A model generated the notes under the pieces. It was not told the DNA's origin and made no database searches. It was given only the letters and a program-made list of their open reading frames with translations. Below are positions 1 through 13,244 of a DNA stretch of 64,000 nt, in pieces (position 1 is the stretch's first letter; every line of letters begins with the position of its first letter). A program made the position numbers and the translations under genes. The stretch comes from Camelus ferus (Eukaryota): positions 27,344,001 through 27,408,000 of the forward strand of contig NC_045696.1 in assembly GCF_009834535.1 (NCBI RefSeq). Direction: 5' to 3'.

Positions 1-1544
1 TCTTTCCTAAAGGGTACATATTTATTTTTTTTAATTTGACACTGAATATATCTATGAATGTTCTTAATAATTATGTAATCTGCTACTTGTGTTTTTTTGT
101 ACCATGCAGTTTTATTTTTAAACCTTAAATTATGCTTTGGTTAAGATCCTGGAAGAAAATATGCTGGTAAAAGCATTTATTTTTCTCAGCTACTTAGCTT
201 TTGAAGACTCACAAACCTCTACGCTCTATCCTAGGAAAGCAGTACATTTTTGTTCAAAAATTGTACATGCTGAAATAGTACTATAGAATGGATGGAGGTC
301 AAACGTCACTCAGTCTTAACTAGCAATGAATACAGAGCACTGCAAAAGAGAAGTTATTACCCAAATGAAAGTAATTATAGCCATTTATTTAGTCTTTATT
401 TTAAACAACATATGATGGAGGAACAGGCTTAAACAAGGTTGTGCACCTCTGTGTTCCTCTGAGCTGCAGAAGAGGGGGCACTGCATCCTTGCTCTTTTAA
501 TGATGAGAATTACTTCCAGGTTGGGTCCGAGCTTAACCCACAGCCCCATTTAGCAGAAACATGGACAGCATAATGACACTTCCTAGGAAAAGCCCTCATG
601 GCCATCTGCAGTCAGTGTTTCCTGGTTTTATTGTTTCACTAGAGGAATCACGTGAGCTACTACAGCCCTCGTGTTTATTAAACTGGCACCGAGTCATCAA
701 GACAAAGGGGAGGTAAGGTTGGTGTACTAGATTTAAGTTAAAAACCGTAATGCATTCGGGAGAAAGGAATACATCCATAAGGCCCAACATTTAAATGGTT
801 AACATTCAGAAGACTTGAAATCACAGCGATCATAAAAAATGTACTGCTGAAGTTCATCAGGTTGCTAAAATCATTATGTTCTCACTTCAAGATATCAGTA
901 GCTAACTAGATGTTTGCATTTTACACTAAATGGATTTATGAATGAAAAATGTGGCATTTGTAAAACACCATTTGAAGGGTATTTATTATTTGTAGATAAT
1001 GTTTATTTAGGAGACAAAAAGCAGTAGTCAGGTATTTCAGAGTTACCACACATATCCCTCTACTATGCTGTAATTTTAATAGATACAGTCACAGTGGCTC
1101 AGTTATTTCCACACAAAACAGAGAATTTTACACTCTGTCTTGCCGGGGTTATTACGAAGACTAATTATTTAGTGTTTGTACAGGACTTGCCATTTATATG
1201 GTGCATTACATCTGCAAAGAAGTATTGCTATTAGTCACTGTGTAAGGAATTGCCAAATTTCTCAGCTGCCAGTACAAATGGAAAGGAGGACAAAGAATGC
1301 CATTGAGGAGGGTTTGTAAGTGCCAGAGCAAAAGTCACATTCAGGAGTAGCCTGGCAGGGTTAAAAAAACACAGACAGAATGAGGCGATCAGAGGTATGG
1401 GACCCTGACTGGGGCAAGAGAGACACGCGTTCTTTCTTTTATAAAATCCAACTTTCTATTTAGTGCCTTTCTCTGAGACAGTCCTTGATCAAAGGAATAT
1501 ACTTATCTCTTTACTGTCTGGCTTTTTGTATTCAAATGTCAACT

Positions 1545-1625
1545 CCACGAGAAGAAGTTTGTTTTTATCCATTTATATACCTGGTACCTAGAACAATGCC
1601 CAAGACATAGAGGGCATTCAGGGCC
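1545..1625 (+). mobile_element. L2 LINE 3' end fragment
   Basis: 'cctggtacctagaacaatgcccaagacatagagggcattca' resembles the L2/MIR 3' tail (cctagcacagtgcctggcacatagtaggcactca). Confidence 0.55.
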
Positions 1626-1714
1626 TAAATGCTGACAGTACACCTTCTGAATACGAGGTGCTACACGTGAAGCGGAGCTAAAGTCAACACGAGTGCTACG
1701 TTCGTGGTGTGTAA

Positions 1715-2510
1715 GATATGGGGAGTAGAGAGACAATATCCAAATAAACACGTGTAAATACACAACTACAATCATGAATCATGCCATGAAGGAAAAGGAC
1801 AGGGTGCTGTGTGAGAAACTAATGAGGAACCCAATTTAAATAACAGTTAAACTGAAGCCTGAAAAGTGAGTAGAGCTCAGCCTAGGGAAGTGCACTGCAG
1901 GCAGGGGAAGTAATCCAGGTTGAAGAAAAACTTAAAAAGAGTGAGACTCGGCTTCGTGGGACAGGTTGTCAAGCGGTGCACCAGGAGGTTGGCGAGGGCG
2001 GGGGGGTGGGGGTGGGGTGGCCAGATTCACAGTGCACAGCAGTCCTGATAAAGGGTCAGCTTTTATTCTAATTCCCATGGGAAGCTACTTGAGTGGTTTT
2101 TAAGTAAAGATGGAATTACCATATTTAAATATTCATTTTAGCGGCTCTGTGAATGAAACGAAGATGGAAGTAAGAACTGAAGTGGAGAGACCAATTAGAA
2201 GGCTACTATAGTAATTGAGGGAAAAAATGATGATGGCTTTATACAATTATGACACTGGATTTGGCGTAAACGGGAAAGCAGAGGGATATGCTGGAGGTAA
2301 AAGCCAAAATGACTTCTTGAGGGGTTGAAGTTAAAAGAAAGATGTCGACAATGGTACCTAGCTTTCTTTCTTTCTTTCTTTTTTTTTTTTTTTAACATTT
2401 TTTTTTATTGAGTTATAGTCAGTTTACAATGTTGTGTCAAATTCCCAGCTTTCTGATTTGAGGAACTGAACATGCCATTTTTAAGGTCTAGGAGGAGAGA
2501 CAGACAATAT
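1715..2510 (-). mobile_element. L2 LINE fragment, interrupted by a short L1 insertion
   Basis: Typical antisense L2 motifs: 'gccatgaaggaaaaggacagggtgct', 'ttttattctaattcccatgggaagctac', 'ggagagaccaattagaaggctactatagtaat'. Confidence 0.7.
2368..2446 (-). mobile_element. Extremely 5'-truncated young L1 (3' end plus poly-A only)
   Basis: A poly-T/(TTTC)n tail is followed by 'aacattttttttattgagttatagtcagtttacaatgttgtgtcaaattcc', nearly identical to the ends at 13261 and 50421. TSD agctttct at 2360-2367 and 2447-2454. Confidence 0.85.
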
Positions 2511-5006
2511 ACAGATAAATCCTCCCATGAGGAAGAATAGAAAAATACGAAACCCATATTATCAAATTATGTGTGTGTGTATATATATAAAATATTTGAT
2601 AATTTGAGAGTATAGGGATAATATGGAATCATTTTATCAATTAAAAATTATTATGATTTCAAATTCTGCCCCTTAGTATTTAACACAGGATTCATTTTTA
2701 TCTGTTTAGAACTTTATGCTGCTATAATCCAGAACTTTATGCTGTTATTTCTCAATTGCTAACTGATAATCTCTTGATTAATTAATCAAATTATAATTAT
2801 TAGGATGACAAATTTTAATTTAATTCGATGCATATTTTTCACTGAAAATCTGAAACAAAACTATTTTGCTTATATATGTATATATACAAATATGTGATTA
2901 TATATGTATGTATATGTGTGATGTATATAATATATATATGATCACTAATAACCAAAATATTATTTTGACATAAATACTCTGCAGCAAATTGGTAAAAACT
3001 CACTATAGTCATTTTGTCCAGAGAATAAAACAACTCAAAACATTTAGGGCATCTCTCTGGACTGCCATAAATTAAGCTCAATTTACTGTTTAAGTATGAG
3101 AGAATCAATAGCATAATAAATGTTATTACATTATTGGAATAATCAGAAGGTTACCATTTGTCAGAAGTTTACAGAATCTCTAAAGCATGGTAAAATTCCC
3201 TGGGAAAGTGCTGGATCATGAAACTATTAAGAATTTATTTGTGATTCACTCATTTATTCGATAAAAGTACCAGGTGTTGTATTGGGAGGTGGTGGCTAAT
3301 AAGATAAGACACAGTTGACCTCTGCTTGCAAAGCACTGATTTTAGACTTTTTCTTTCTTCTTCTCCTTTTTTTTTCCTTTTGTCACAGAATGCCTTGCTC
3401 CATTGAAACTTTAGACAAAAGTTTCATATGTAAAATAGATAAAAAGGATACTGTTTCACTCCTCCAACTGGGACCGTCCTGCAGAGGAATTCGGGTCTCG
3501 TGGTAAACTGACGTATGGGAGATTAAATAAATTTCCCTAGCTCCTAGGGCTATATGGCATGTAGCGAGTTAAGCCATAAACCTGGATTCAGGTTTGGACC
3601 TGGATTCAGGGGATACCAGGGCCCACACTTCTAGCAGATAGATCCTCAAGCTGGAGTTTGCCTCCTTGGCAGTTTATAAGACAACTCCACTTCTGTGCCA
3701 TTTCAAAATACATCCTGCTTTCACTGTCATTTCCAACTGAAAAGTGTAGTTTTTATAACTTGTATTTAAAGTCATGGCTAAAATATGCTATATTACTATA
3801 GCTTACAAAACTATAAATGTATACAGTCGAAGCACACCCCCCCCCACTTCCACCCTCAAATTGCAAATGAGGACCCGAAGTCAGGCACTAAAAGGACTCG
3901 AGGGTAAAAAAGTCAGTTACTGCACATAGTAGGACCAGATCTTGAAACAACTGTTTTCATACAGACATTTTTTTAAGTGCCTGAGAAAGACTAGAATGTT
4001 TTCTAATTAAAATATTTGCTGGGAAACAAAGATGGTTGTAAAAAAAAACAAAAACAAAACTAAAAACCCCAGGTGTTTCTTTCTCTTCTCAAGCTCAAGA
4101 TGCCAGCGGCTACACAGGAGAAGGGCTAGAAGCAGTTTTCAAATTTTATGGGGAGTCTAATGGCAACCATCTCAAGCGAGAAAATCCTCCCAGTTTAAAA
4201 TGATCTCGTTAAAGTCTCTCCAGTAATTGGGAAGAGCCAGGGAAAATGGCTATTGGATTTAAAAACAAAAACAAAACCAAGAAAACCCACAACTAAACTA
4301 TTCTCACTAATGTATCTTTGAGCAACATAATTAAGATGGCCCATTATAACATCCCCCACCCCCACACCCAAATGAAAAGAATATTTAAGTGACAGGAAAA
4401 AAAAAAGGAAGTCTAAATAGCTCACACAGACATATCAACTAAACAAAGGAGTCTTTAATTGGTGACAATCTGCCCTAAATCACTGTTACCATTCTCCAAC
4501 ATAATCAGTTTCAGATCTGTTAATTCCTCGCATCTTCCCCTATCACAGGCTGTCTGGGGCTTCAGAATAATAATGCTAAGTACCTAACAGAGCTTTCAGT
4601 CTCCAAGGAATATAAAAAACATGCAATTGTGTAGCTGTTTGCGCTGCCTTTTCCTAACAAACTACACAGCCCTTGGGAGAGTTCCCTCAGCCTTCAGCTC
4701 TTTGGCAAAGTTTTTAAGACCTCTTTTTGCTGATAGCTGGAGTCATGCTAACAAGCCCTGCCTTACAGAACGAGGGATTAAATTATTAAAAAAAAAAAAA
4801 AAGCAAATCATTTTATTATTCTTATAAATGATTATTATCTTTACCAATAATCCTCAGCATTTTACATAATTTAAAATGTATGCCTCCTGGGAAAGTATCA
4901 GATGGAAAAGAAACAAATATTGAACATGATAAAACAATGCAATAAAAATAAATATTGCTCTATAAAAATAAAAATCTTGAACTGTGAATCATTGCTAAAT
5001 AACATT

Positions 5007-5031
5007 TGTGTGTGTGTGTGTGTGTGTGTGT
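5007..5031. repeat. (TG)n microsatellite
   Basis: About 12 perfect TG units. Confidence 0.95.
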
Positions 5032-8000
5032 CAATTTTTATCTCAGACAATGGAAATGGAAACTGTTACAATGGAGGTTCAGCCCCTGCTACAAATAGCA
5101 TATTTCCAAAGCTCTTCACCTGAACCTCAGTGTAAATCTCAGGTGAGTTTTTGCAAAACACTTGCAATCCACAATGGAGGAGGCAAATCTAAATCCCGGG
5201 GAGTTACAACCAGTCAGTGAGGCAATGATAAGAAATTCTGGCCAAAGTTGCCTTCCAAACCAGTTCACAGGAGTTAAAGATCGCTGTGTAATTCTTTTTA
5301 AAATCATAACTCTAGAATTTAAATCATATGAAGACACATTTCATGTGTTGTTGGCTATTCCACCTAAGAAGGCCCAATTCCTTGGTCCTCACAAATCCAT
5401 TTACTAGTGTCCCCTCCAATAATTTGAAAGATCATGTACTCTTCTGAGACTTCAAAACCAATATCTGAAAGTTTAAGTGATGACAACGTTTAAAATTTCT
5501 GGCATATTATAAACAGTAAATTCAAAATAAAACTATTCTGGGCCTCCTTCAAGTGCAGCTGATGAACCATGAAAACCACCAGTAGTCAAATGCCCACCAT
5601 GGCCTATTTAAATAGATGTTTAAATAAACTTTTTTTTTAAGTTGTGAACTTGACATTGTTCATTTTTGTCTTTGAACTTGTATTTCCATTCAAATTCCCA
5701 CCCAGTTATCTCTTCATGCAACATATCTTTATTTGAAAGATTTATTATCGTTCATTGATCAGCCAATCATAGTTCTCCACTTTGAAATTAGGAACCGTGG
5801 AACTGTTCCTGTATTTGCCGCCTTTGAGGTATTTACACCTCTGCAGGTGCACCACAGAAAGATTCTGGGTGTCTGAGTACTGTATTTCCCCTACACAGTG
5901 AGAAAAGAGCAAACATGAAAACTAAGATGGGAAAGGAGAATCCACAGCAAGGACATTTTCAGGGATATTTCATTTTTGGAATGATACATGGAGAGTGAGA
6001 ATCTGGAAAATGTAAAACAACCTACTCTGTGCATCTTTGAAATGTACAGGTATTCTGATTTGAAGTCCATTTCCCTCAATGGCTGAGCCTCCACATCCAC
6101 TAATCTAGTGCCAGCTTTGAAGAAGTTAGCAACTCATCTCCATTACACTGGGAGTCACTAAAGACCCAGCACATATAGAACCTCATGAATAAACGTGGAG
6201 TATCTTCCTTGAACAACATTTGGTTAAATTTCATAAACTTAAGTTAATGCTGACATGTTTTATATGCTTACTTGTAAAATCTGAAGAAAAACAATCCAAA
6301 CCAAATGTAATTATTATGCTCGTTTAGGTCCAGTAAATTATCTACAGCCCAACAGATCTAAGTACAATTTTAAAAGATCAGAAGTCAAAATGGGAATCAA
6401 ATAAGCAAAAACCCAGTCTAGTGGGTGAAGAGGGCCAAATGCTTTCTCTGGAGATTTTAGGACAAATGGTTCTCAGGACCAGGTTAGCGGACTAGTTTTT
6501 AAAACACCCTACAACCAACTTAACTATAAAACCATTAACAACGTCAAGGAACTCAAATAAATACAAAGAAACCTCTGAGTTTCTCTGCAATGCTGGCAAG
6601 CTTTGGATTACTTTTCTTCTTTAACAGACCCCAGTTGGAACAGCAACATTTCTTGTAAATTAAACAAATGTATAGGGTTTTGTTTTTCCACAAGGAGCAG
6701 CTGTAATGTCTGCTCTTCTGTTTTAAAATCTTTTTTATTTTCTAAGTGCTGAAAGTTGTTACACTTTTTTTAACCAAGCAGTTTACAACTAGTCAATAAA
6801 ATCTCTGATGATCATAAAACTTCTGTCTATTTTAATTGTGTTGATAAACCTTATTTTCTAAATATTTCTTAGGCTCCCTGACATATACGTAATACAACTT
6901 CCCTTTCAAACATCAACACTTTTTAAACTAAGAGATGCAATAAAAACTAAACAAGGAATGACAACTTTAGCTATCAATTTTAATCATGTATCCTTTACCA
7001 ACTATTGAAAGGATATACAAAAATTGATTAGTAATAGTGTATAACCTTCTAAGTTGGAATTAATAATAATTCATTTTGACAAGAGAAGGCATGATTGGTG
7101 ACATCATAATTTTAAATACTCATAAAAGTATGATGCCTAAAAATCAGTATTACGGATTCAATAAGGACAAAAATAAACATTTTTTTCACACTGCAAAATT
7201 CAGGATTTTTAAAGTAAACTGGATGCTAAGTTTATTTGGGTTTCTTATCCTTAATCAAGTGTTCTGAGCAGAACTACCGAGAAGATGTTTTTACTTGAGT
7301 TGTGTGTAACAATTTCTTCTTTAACCTCCCCAAAATAAAAGGTCATGACTGACATTTCACATAAGGAAAAATCTGCTAGGTTAACTTTTCTGATTGAAAG
7401 TATAACATTTTAAGAATTACTAACTTTATTGACTTTACTAATCAAACTATGTTCTTCAAACATTTAAATAATGAAAATAACACTATTTGTCTTTGCTTAG
7501 AAACAAAGGAATCGAAGAAAAGGTATTTCAAAGCATCACGACCAGTAGAGAAAAAACACAATCAGTAATTATACAGTGTGCCAGGATTTGAGGGGCCATG
7601 TTGGGAAAGGTAATTAAATATATAAGAAGAAGATGAAATAAGCACCATACAACATGACAAGTGACACAAGAAACATGATTTTACTCCCAAATACAGTAAA
7701 TAATTGACAGCTCCTACAACCATAATTAATTGATCTGAGCAATACTTGAAAGAAACATATTACCACATTTCTAACAAGGATAAGAGCTGGCTCAAAGTCA
7801 AGACTGGCAATTAAAGTAGCCTACCTGGCATTACATTACAGTCATATAAATTTAGTGTTGGTAGCAAAATAACCAATAAAAGGAAAAACATAAGAAAACC
7901 CAAATTAGTAAAGAAATTTCTTGTAGGTTTTTGTATTTGTACCCCAACGGCTAGAAAATGAACTCCTGAAAACACTTATAGCAAGGAAATAACACCTTCC

Positions 8001-8700
8001 ACGCTCTGAAGCTGTTCTTAATGTTTTAATCTATGAGCACTGTCTCTACTTTAAATAACTTAAGATATGCGATACTTTAGCAACTTTACTATCAAAAAGA
8101 AATGCATACCTTAATCTTTCAGATTATAATCAAAATCAAAATATTTTTTGAAACAACTGTCACTTTAGTGAACCACATCCCTGTGTCTTCATCATGAATT
8201 GTGACAAGACAAGCCTACGAACAGACTACAAAATAATGCTCGCTACTTTCTCATCTCCCAACCCCACCTAACGGATCGCCTGCCTTTTAATTTATTCCTT
8301 TTTAATTTTATTTCAGCGAACAAGCATTTGGGTTCCTACTACAGGGACCTCTTGAAAAATTGTCTCCATCTATAATGCTGCCAATGTTGAAACCACCTGT
8401 AAGACTTTTCTCTGGAGGAACTCCTCAGTCAACCCTCCCGTCCACCTCCTTCTTCAGCATCTAGTGCATTTCCCACCTGCAACCCCATTTCCCACTTCTT
8501 ACCTTGGGCCTCAAAGACTGGAAATCTGTACATAAAGGAATTTAAAACCCACACAGTGAGATTAGTTTAATCAGTTAAGGTTAGTATGTCAAGTACAAGT
8601 TTTATAGGGTGGAGGTATAAGAGATAACTATGCACTAAAAGACTTAATTCTAGTTAGAAGCTGCAAATAGAAGCTGACAGTATTTTGAATGTGGATTTTC

Positions 8701-9127
8701 TTATTTTTTCTTTCCTCTTTGGAATTCTTTTATTTTTTAACTGAATATATTTGAAATATAATATTGTGCAAATTGAAAGTATAAAACATGTTACTTTGAT
8801 GCATTTAATATACTGTAATAAGATTGCCATGGTAGCCATATTTCATATTATGTAATTATAGTATAATATTGTTGTCTACATTCAATATACTGTGCATTAG
8901 ATCAATATGGCTTCTTTAGTGCTCATTGCAGGTTTGTACCTTTAAACAACATCAATTTTATTCCTCTACCCTCTTCCCCTGGTAACCAGCATTTTACTCT
9001 TTTTTTCACAAGTCTGACTTTCTTAGATTTGACATATATGTGATGTCACACAGTACTTATCTTTTTCTGTCTGATTTGTCTTACTTAGCATAATGTGTTC
9101 AAGATTCATCCACGTTGCTGAAAATGG
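8701..9127 (-). mobile_element. L1 3' end (older L1M-type), 5'-truncated
   Basis: T-rich tail, then 'cagtacttatctttttctgtctgatttgtcttacttagcataatgtgttcaagattcatccacgttgctgaaaatgg' (conserved L1 ORF2 end/3'UTR, antisense). Perfect 12-bp TSD atgtggattttc at 8689-8700 and 9128-9139. Confidence 0.9.
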
Positions 9128-9364
9128 ATGTGGATTTTCGATAGATAACTGTACTTCATTTTAAAAGCAAAGGGAACATTCTAATGGATGTTCAACTTAA
9201 TTTAACAGAAAAGGATTCAGTCAAGTGTTCTAAAGTTTTGTACTTTGGAAGCATGAAAGAGAGAAAAGATAAGCAGCCCATTCTATAGTCCATGATCTTA
9301 TATGTTTATTATTTTGAATAAAAGAATGTTTTAATTAAAAGGAACTCAGTGATCTTTTTAGTCT

Positions 9365-9480
9365 GTGTCTCCTTCATTTTACAGATAGGAAAACTGAGTT
9401 CAGCAAGGTTAAGGAATTTATTTAATGCTATAGTAACCCCCAAATGGGTTAAGAAAGCCCACTGACTTCCAATTAGACTG
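9365..9480 (-). mobile_element. MIR SINE fragment
   Basis: 'cattttacagataggaaaactgagttcagcaaggttaag' matches the antisense MIR core. Confidence 0.75.
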
Positions 9481-11744
9481 TCATTATCTACTGACAACTA
9501 GAACAGAATCCAAAGATAGCAAAGAGCTTTTAATTTCAAAAAAAATTTTTGTTTTAATTTGACATGGAAGTCAGAATATTTCTGAAGCAGCTTTAACTGA
9601 GGCTTTAATTGAAAGTCCTTGGCAGCCATAAGATTTGCTCAAGGTGGTTCACTGGGAAGGGGTTCTCATTTCCTAGTTTTCCCACTAGGTCAGTCCCAGA
9701 AACCCAACACTTAGAAGAGAATTATATTAATATACTATGTAATATCACTGTATTAAGCATTAACCACATGAGGAAATTAACTAAACCCATTCTTGTAATA
9801 ACCATTTAAAAATCTGGAACTATATCTGTTAGTTTACTTTCAGTTTTAAAAACCTTTCAAGCTGAGGGATTTCATTCTTAGCCTCATGAATTTAGGTTGA
9901 AGACAATGTCATCATAATCTCTACCTGTCACAGAGATATAAAGCCTGTACTGATCAAATAAATGGTTCAGTCTGTCATCATGACAGCGATAAAGTGACAG
10001 CTCTTTTAAGATTGAATACTTACTTTAGATTAATAGGAAAATGTACAAAAAGTAATTTGATGCTTTGGGCGATTTTTCTTTTAAGACTTACTATATCATG
10101 CAAGTATAGTAATTTGATCCCAATCTTAACACTTCATCAATGAATCAATGTATGTTTTGGATTTTTTTTCAAATGTGTATTTTGGAACTGTGGTTTTATT
10201 GTTATTATATATATTTTAAAGTTAAGGTATGGCACGATTAAAGAGGAGCACTTCCCTATTAATTTTTATAATAATGTCAGACCTTCCTTCAAGTTCTGTA
10301 TATGTAGATATGATGGGATATTGTTGCTGTCCATCCCAAGTCTTTCAGGGAAGGCAAATGACTCATCTGGAACTGGGTCCAATCTAACGTTTTGATTATA
10401 CATGGAAAAGAGAACTAATCTTAAAATGTTAGTTCATTTGTAACTCAAACTGCACGGGGGGTGGGTGGATAAAAGTGATTATTTTAAAACTAATTAAAAA
10501 TTTAGAAATTTATTATGAAAATAAGTTTGATTAAAAGTATTTATGATTCTACATATATAGCAATCTCAGTTGTTTTACTATGAAAGTTACTTTAAACTAA
10601 AAAAAATATATTTTAACTTAAAAAATCTACATCATTAAAAATCTTTTTACTAAGGGAAAGAGTAAGAGAGTAACTGTCTTAAAGAGTCCACAAAAAGGGA
10701 AAGAGAAAATATTATATTTTAGGTTATCATAGTAAGCATTAATATTTACCGGACTATCACACTAATAAAGTGGTCTTTGGAAACGCTGCGTAGTATAAGA
10801 TAAATATACGAGCAAGCCAAAGATTTCCAGTCTCATTTTATCATGTACTTTAATAGAGGGCAAAGCTAGTTAAACAGATGGCACTCAGGATTTCTCAATG
10901 AATTCAGCATCTGTGTGTACATGTTGCATAAATGCCAATTAAAATGTGTCCGAGTAAATTTACATCCCTTGCTGATAGAAAGTAAGCCAATCTTGCTGGC
11001 TCAGGATCAAGGTTAAACTTAATCATCTGCTGAACTTGCAGCAAGTTGCTCTCAAATTGTACAGAAATTCCCAGTGAAATAATAAAAACAGAACTCCTAT
11101 TGATTTGTATTTATTTACATTCATAACTCATTTCTAAAGCGTTGGGCTAGAGCTCAAAGGGAAAAAAAATTACTATTTGTATGCCTTGGCCAACTACACT
11201 TTTAACCATACTTCCAACAAATACCTCTTTGATTAAAATGCCTGCCTGAATAAATTTTCCTAACCTCCTCCTTGCAACTTCCTAGTTGAGATAATTTTGT
11301 TTAAAAATCATCCTTTCAAAATGTTCTTGAACAAAGGAAAAAAGGCACGTAGCAGTCAGTCTGTCATTTATATAGTAAAGAACAGAATCTGCTTCAGAGT
11401 AACAGGCAACCATGCAATTATTTGAAACAATTCCTCCTAGAGGAACATAAAAATGGCTTCCCCTGACATCTTTTTGACGCCTTCTTTTTCTGCAGCAGAC
11501 TCCCTCAACCCCAGTTTATATGTACCTACCTAAAGCTTTGGTAGGCTACGTTAGGCTTGCTCTTTTTGAATTTCAAACCTTCAGTACCCACATTACTCAT
11601 TCCAAAGTGAAATTTTGGACTTGTTATTAAAAATAGGCACCTTATTGCAAGGGAATATTACACAGACATTAAATACAATGTTCTTTTAAAAATAAAGTAA
11701 TAAAATGTTAATTGAAAAAAGAAAGCATATAAAAATAGGTATGG

Positions 11745-12060
11745 CCAAGTTTCCAAAAGCATGTTCTATAAAACGCTAGTTCAAAGTGATCTTAATATGT
11801 ATTTGCTGAAAAAGAGTAAGACATTTATGTTTGGAAAATGTTATATTATAGCCAACCTTTGGAAAATTATAATATTCATTAGCATATTAAAAGTACTGTG
11901 AAGTCCTACAGAAAAAAAAAAAATTTAACTTTGTCACCCTAGTATTTTCCAAATTCATTTGACCATGACTTAACTTCACTAATTTTTATAAATTATTGGA
12001 GGACCATCATTGTGCTATTTCTAATATAAAATCCTTAGTAATATATTTTGGGAAAGGCCA
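11745..12060. mobile_element. Ancient non-autonomous DNA transposon (hAT-Charlie MER-type)
   Basis: 'cattagcatattaaaagtactgtgaagtcctacag...ttttccaaattcatttgacca' resembles a recalled MER consensus. The ends 'gtttccaaaag' and 'ttttgggaaag' are roughly inverted. Subfamily uncertain. Confidence 0.5.
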
Positions 12061-12391
12061 GTATAAAATACGCTTTTAATTTTGCAAAGAAAATTCCCTA
12101 ATTAAATATATATATGTAGAAAACAAAGGCATAAAGAGAAAATAAACCGTTAAGAGTAGCTATTGCTGAGTTGTGACATTATGAATGATTTGAATCTTCT
12201 TTGTACATGGCTATGTCTGATTTCTTTATACAGTGAACATATATTGTTTTTTGAGAGAAAAGCATACATTGTACTAAATATCCTATTTTTTATATTGCAT
12301 ACCTATGCATGATATCATTTCTCATCTCTCTACTACAGATAGCTAAAACTCTGGCATTTATGATGTGGAAAGCTTTGAACTAAGAACTGAA

Positions 12392-12493
12392 TCTGAAAAA
12401 GAATATATATATATATATTATATATTATTATATATAAGTGAATCACTTTGCTGTACACCTGAAACATTGTAAATCAACTGCACTTCAGTAAAA
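12392..12493 (+). mobile_element. Short L1 3' end (cetartiodactyl-type)
   Basis: 'gaatcactttgctgtacacctgaaacattgtaaatcaactgcacttcagtaaaaaa'. TSD aagaactgaa at 12382-12391 and 12494-12503. Confidence 0.85.
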
Positions 12494-12804
12494 AAGAACT
12501 GAACCCAATTTAATCTTCACAAAGGCTGATGAAGAGTTTTCACTATTTTACAAATGGAGAAACTGACATTTGCTTGGTATATGGGGTTATCTGGATTCCA
12601 TCCTAGGTCAGTCTGATGTCAAAACCCATCCTTTAAACACTAAGCTCTGTTAAAACCCCGAGGATAAGAATTATGCTTCATATTAGATATTCCCAAGGTA
12701 TATCAAGATAGTACTAATATATAATAAAAACCAAATAAAACTAATACTTAACATTTATCGGATATTAGGTGCGAGATTTGAGTGTGTGAGTATGTGTTAA
12801 ATAA

Positions 12805-12960
12805 TAACACTAACATTTAATGAATATTTTATGTTGTACTGGGAAATGAGCTAAAATTTTGTTATACATTAATTTCACTAATTCCCACCAGAACCACATG
12901 ATTTTAATAGCATTATTATCATCAACTTACCTGTGAGAAAACTAAGAGATACAGAAGCAC
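12805..12960 (-). mobile_element. MIR fragment
   Basis: 'taacatttaatgaatattttatg...cattattatcatcaacttacctgtgagaaaactaagag' resembles degenerate antisense MIR. Confidence 0.55.
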
Positions 12961-13244
12961 AAAAACCAGGTTACAAATTGTATCAGTTTAATTCTAAAAT
13001 CAGTGCTCTCGCTCACTAAATCAGTGTAACACCACAGGAGGAATGCTTTGTTATCCCAATACAAACTTTTTAAAACTGAGTTCTTTCTTTAGGGAAAAAA
13101 AAGCTTGGAAGATAAATTTAGTTCAAATTTCTTACATCAGCAACTAGATGTTTATTCTTTCCACTCCTGTTTGTTTCTTAAAATGATGAAATTAAACTGT
13201 TATCCAAAAGGGATGAAAAAATACATATCATAAATCTACTTAGC

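Noticed and set aside
2708..2744. Short direct repeats (agaactttatgctg x2, also acctggattcagg x2 at 3580-3610 and tgaacttca x3 at 31772-31808)
   Set aside because: These are simple local slippage duplications, not an array or CRISPR-like structure.
5103..5158. Hairpin tcacctga...tcaggtga as a possible pre-miRNA
   Set aside because: Only ~8 bp of perfect stem, and no miRNA I recognise.
5899..6049. Plus-strand exon-like segment (cctacacag| ... CAG|gtattc)
   Set aside because: Weak donor and no recognisable peptide.
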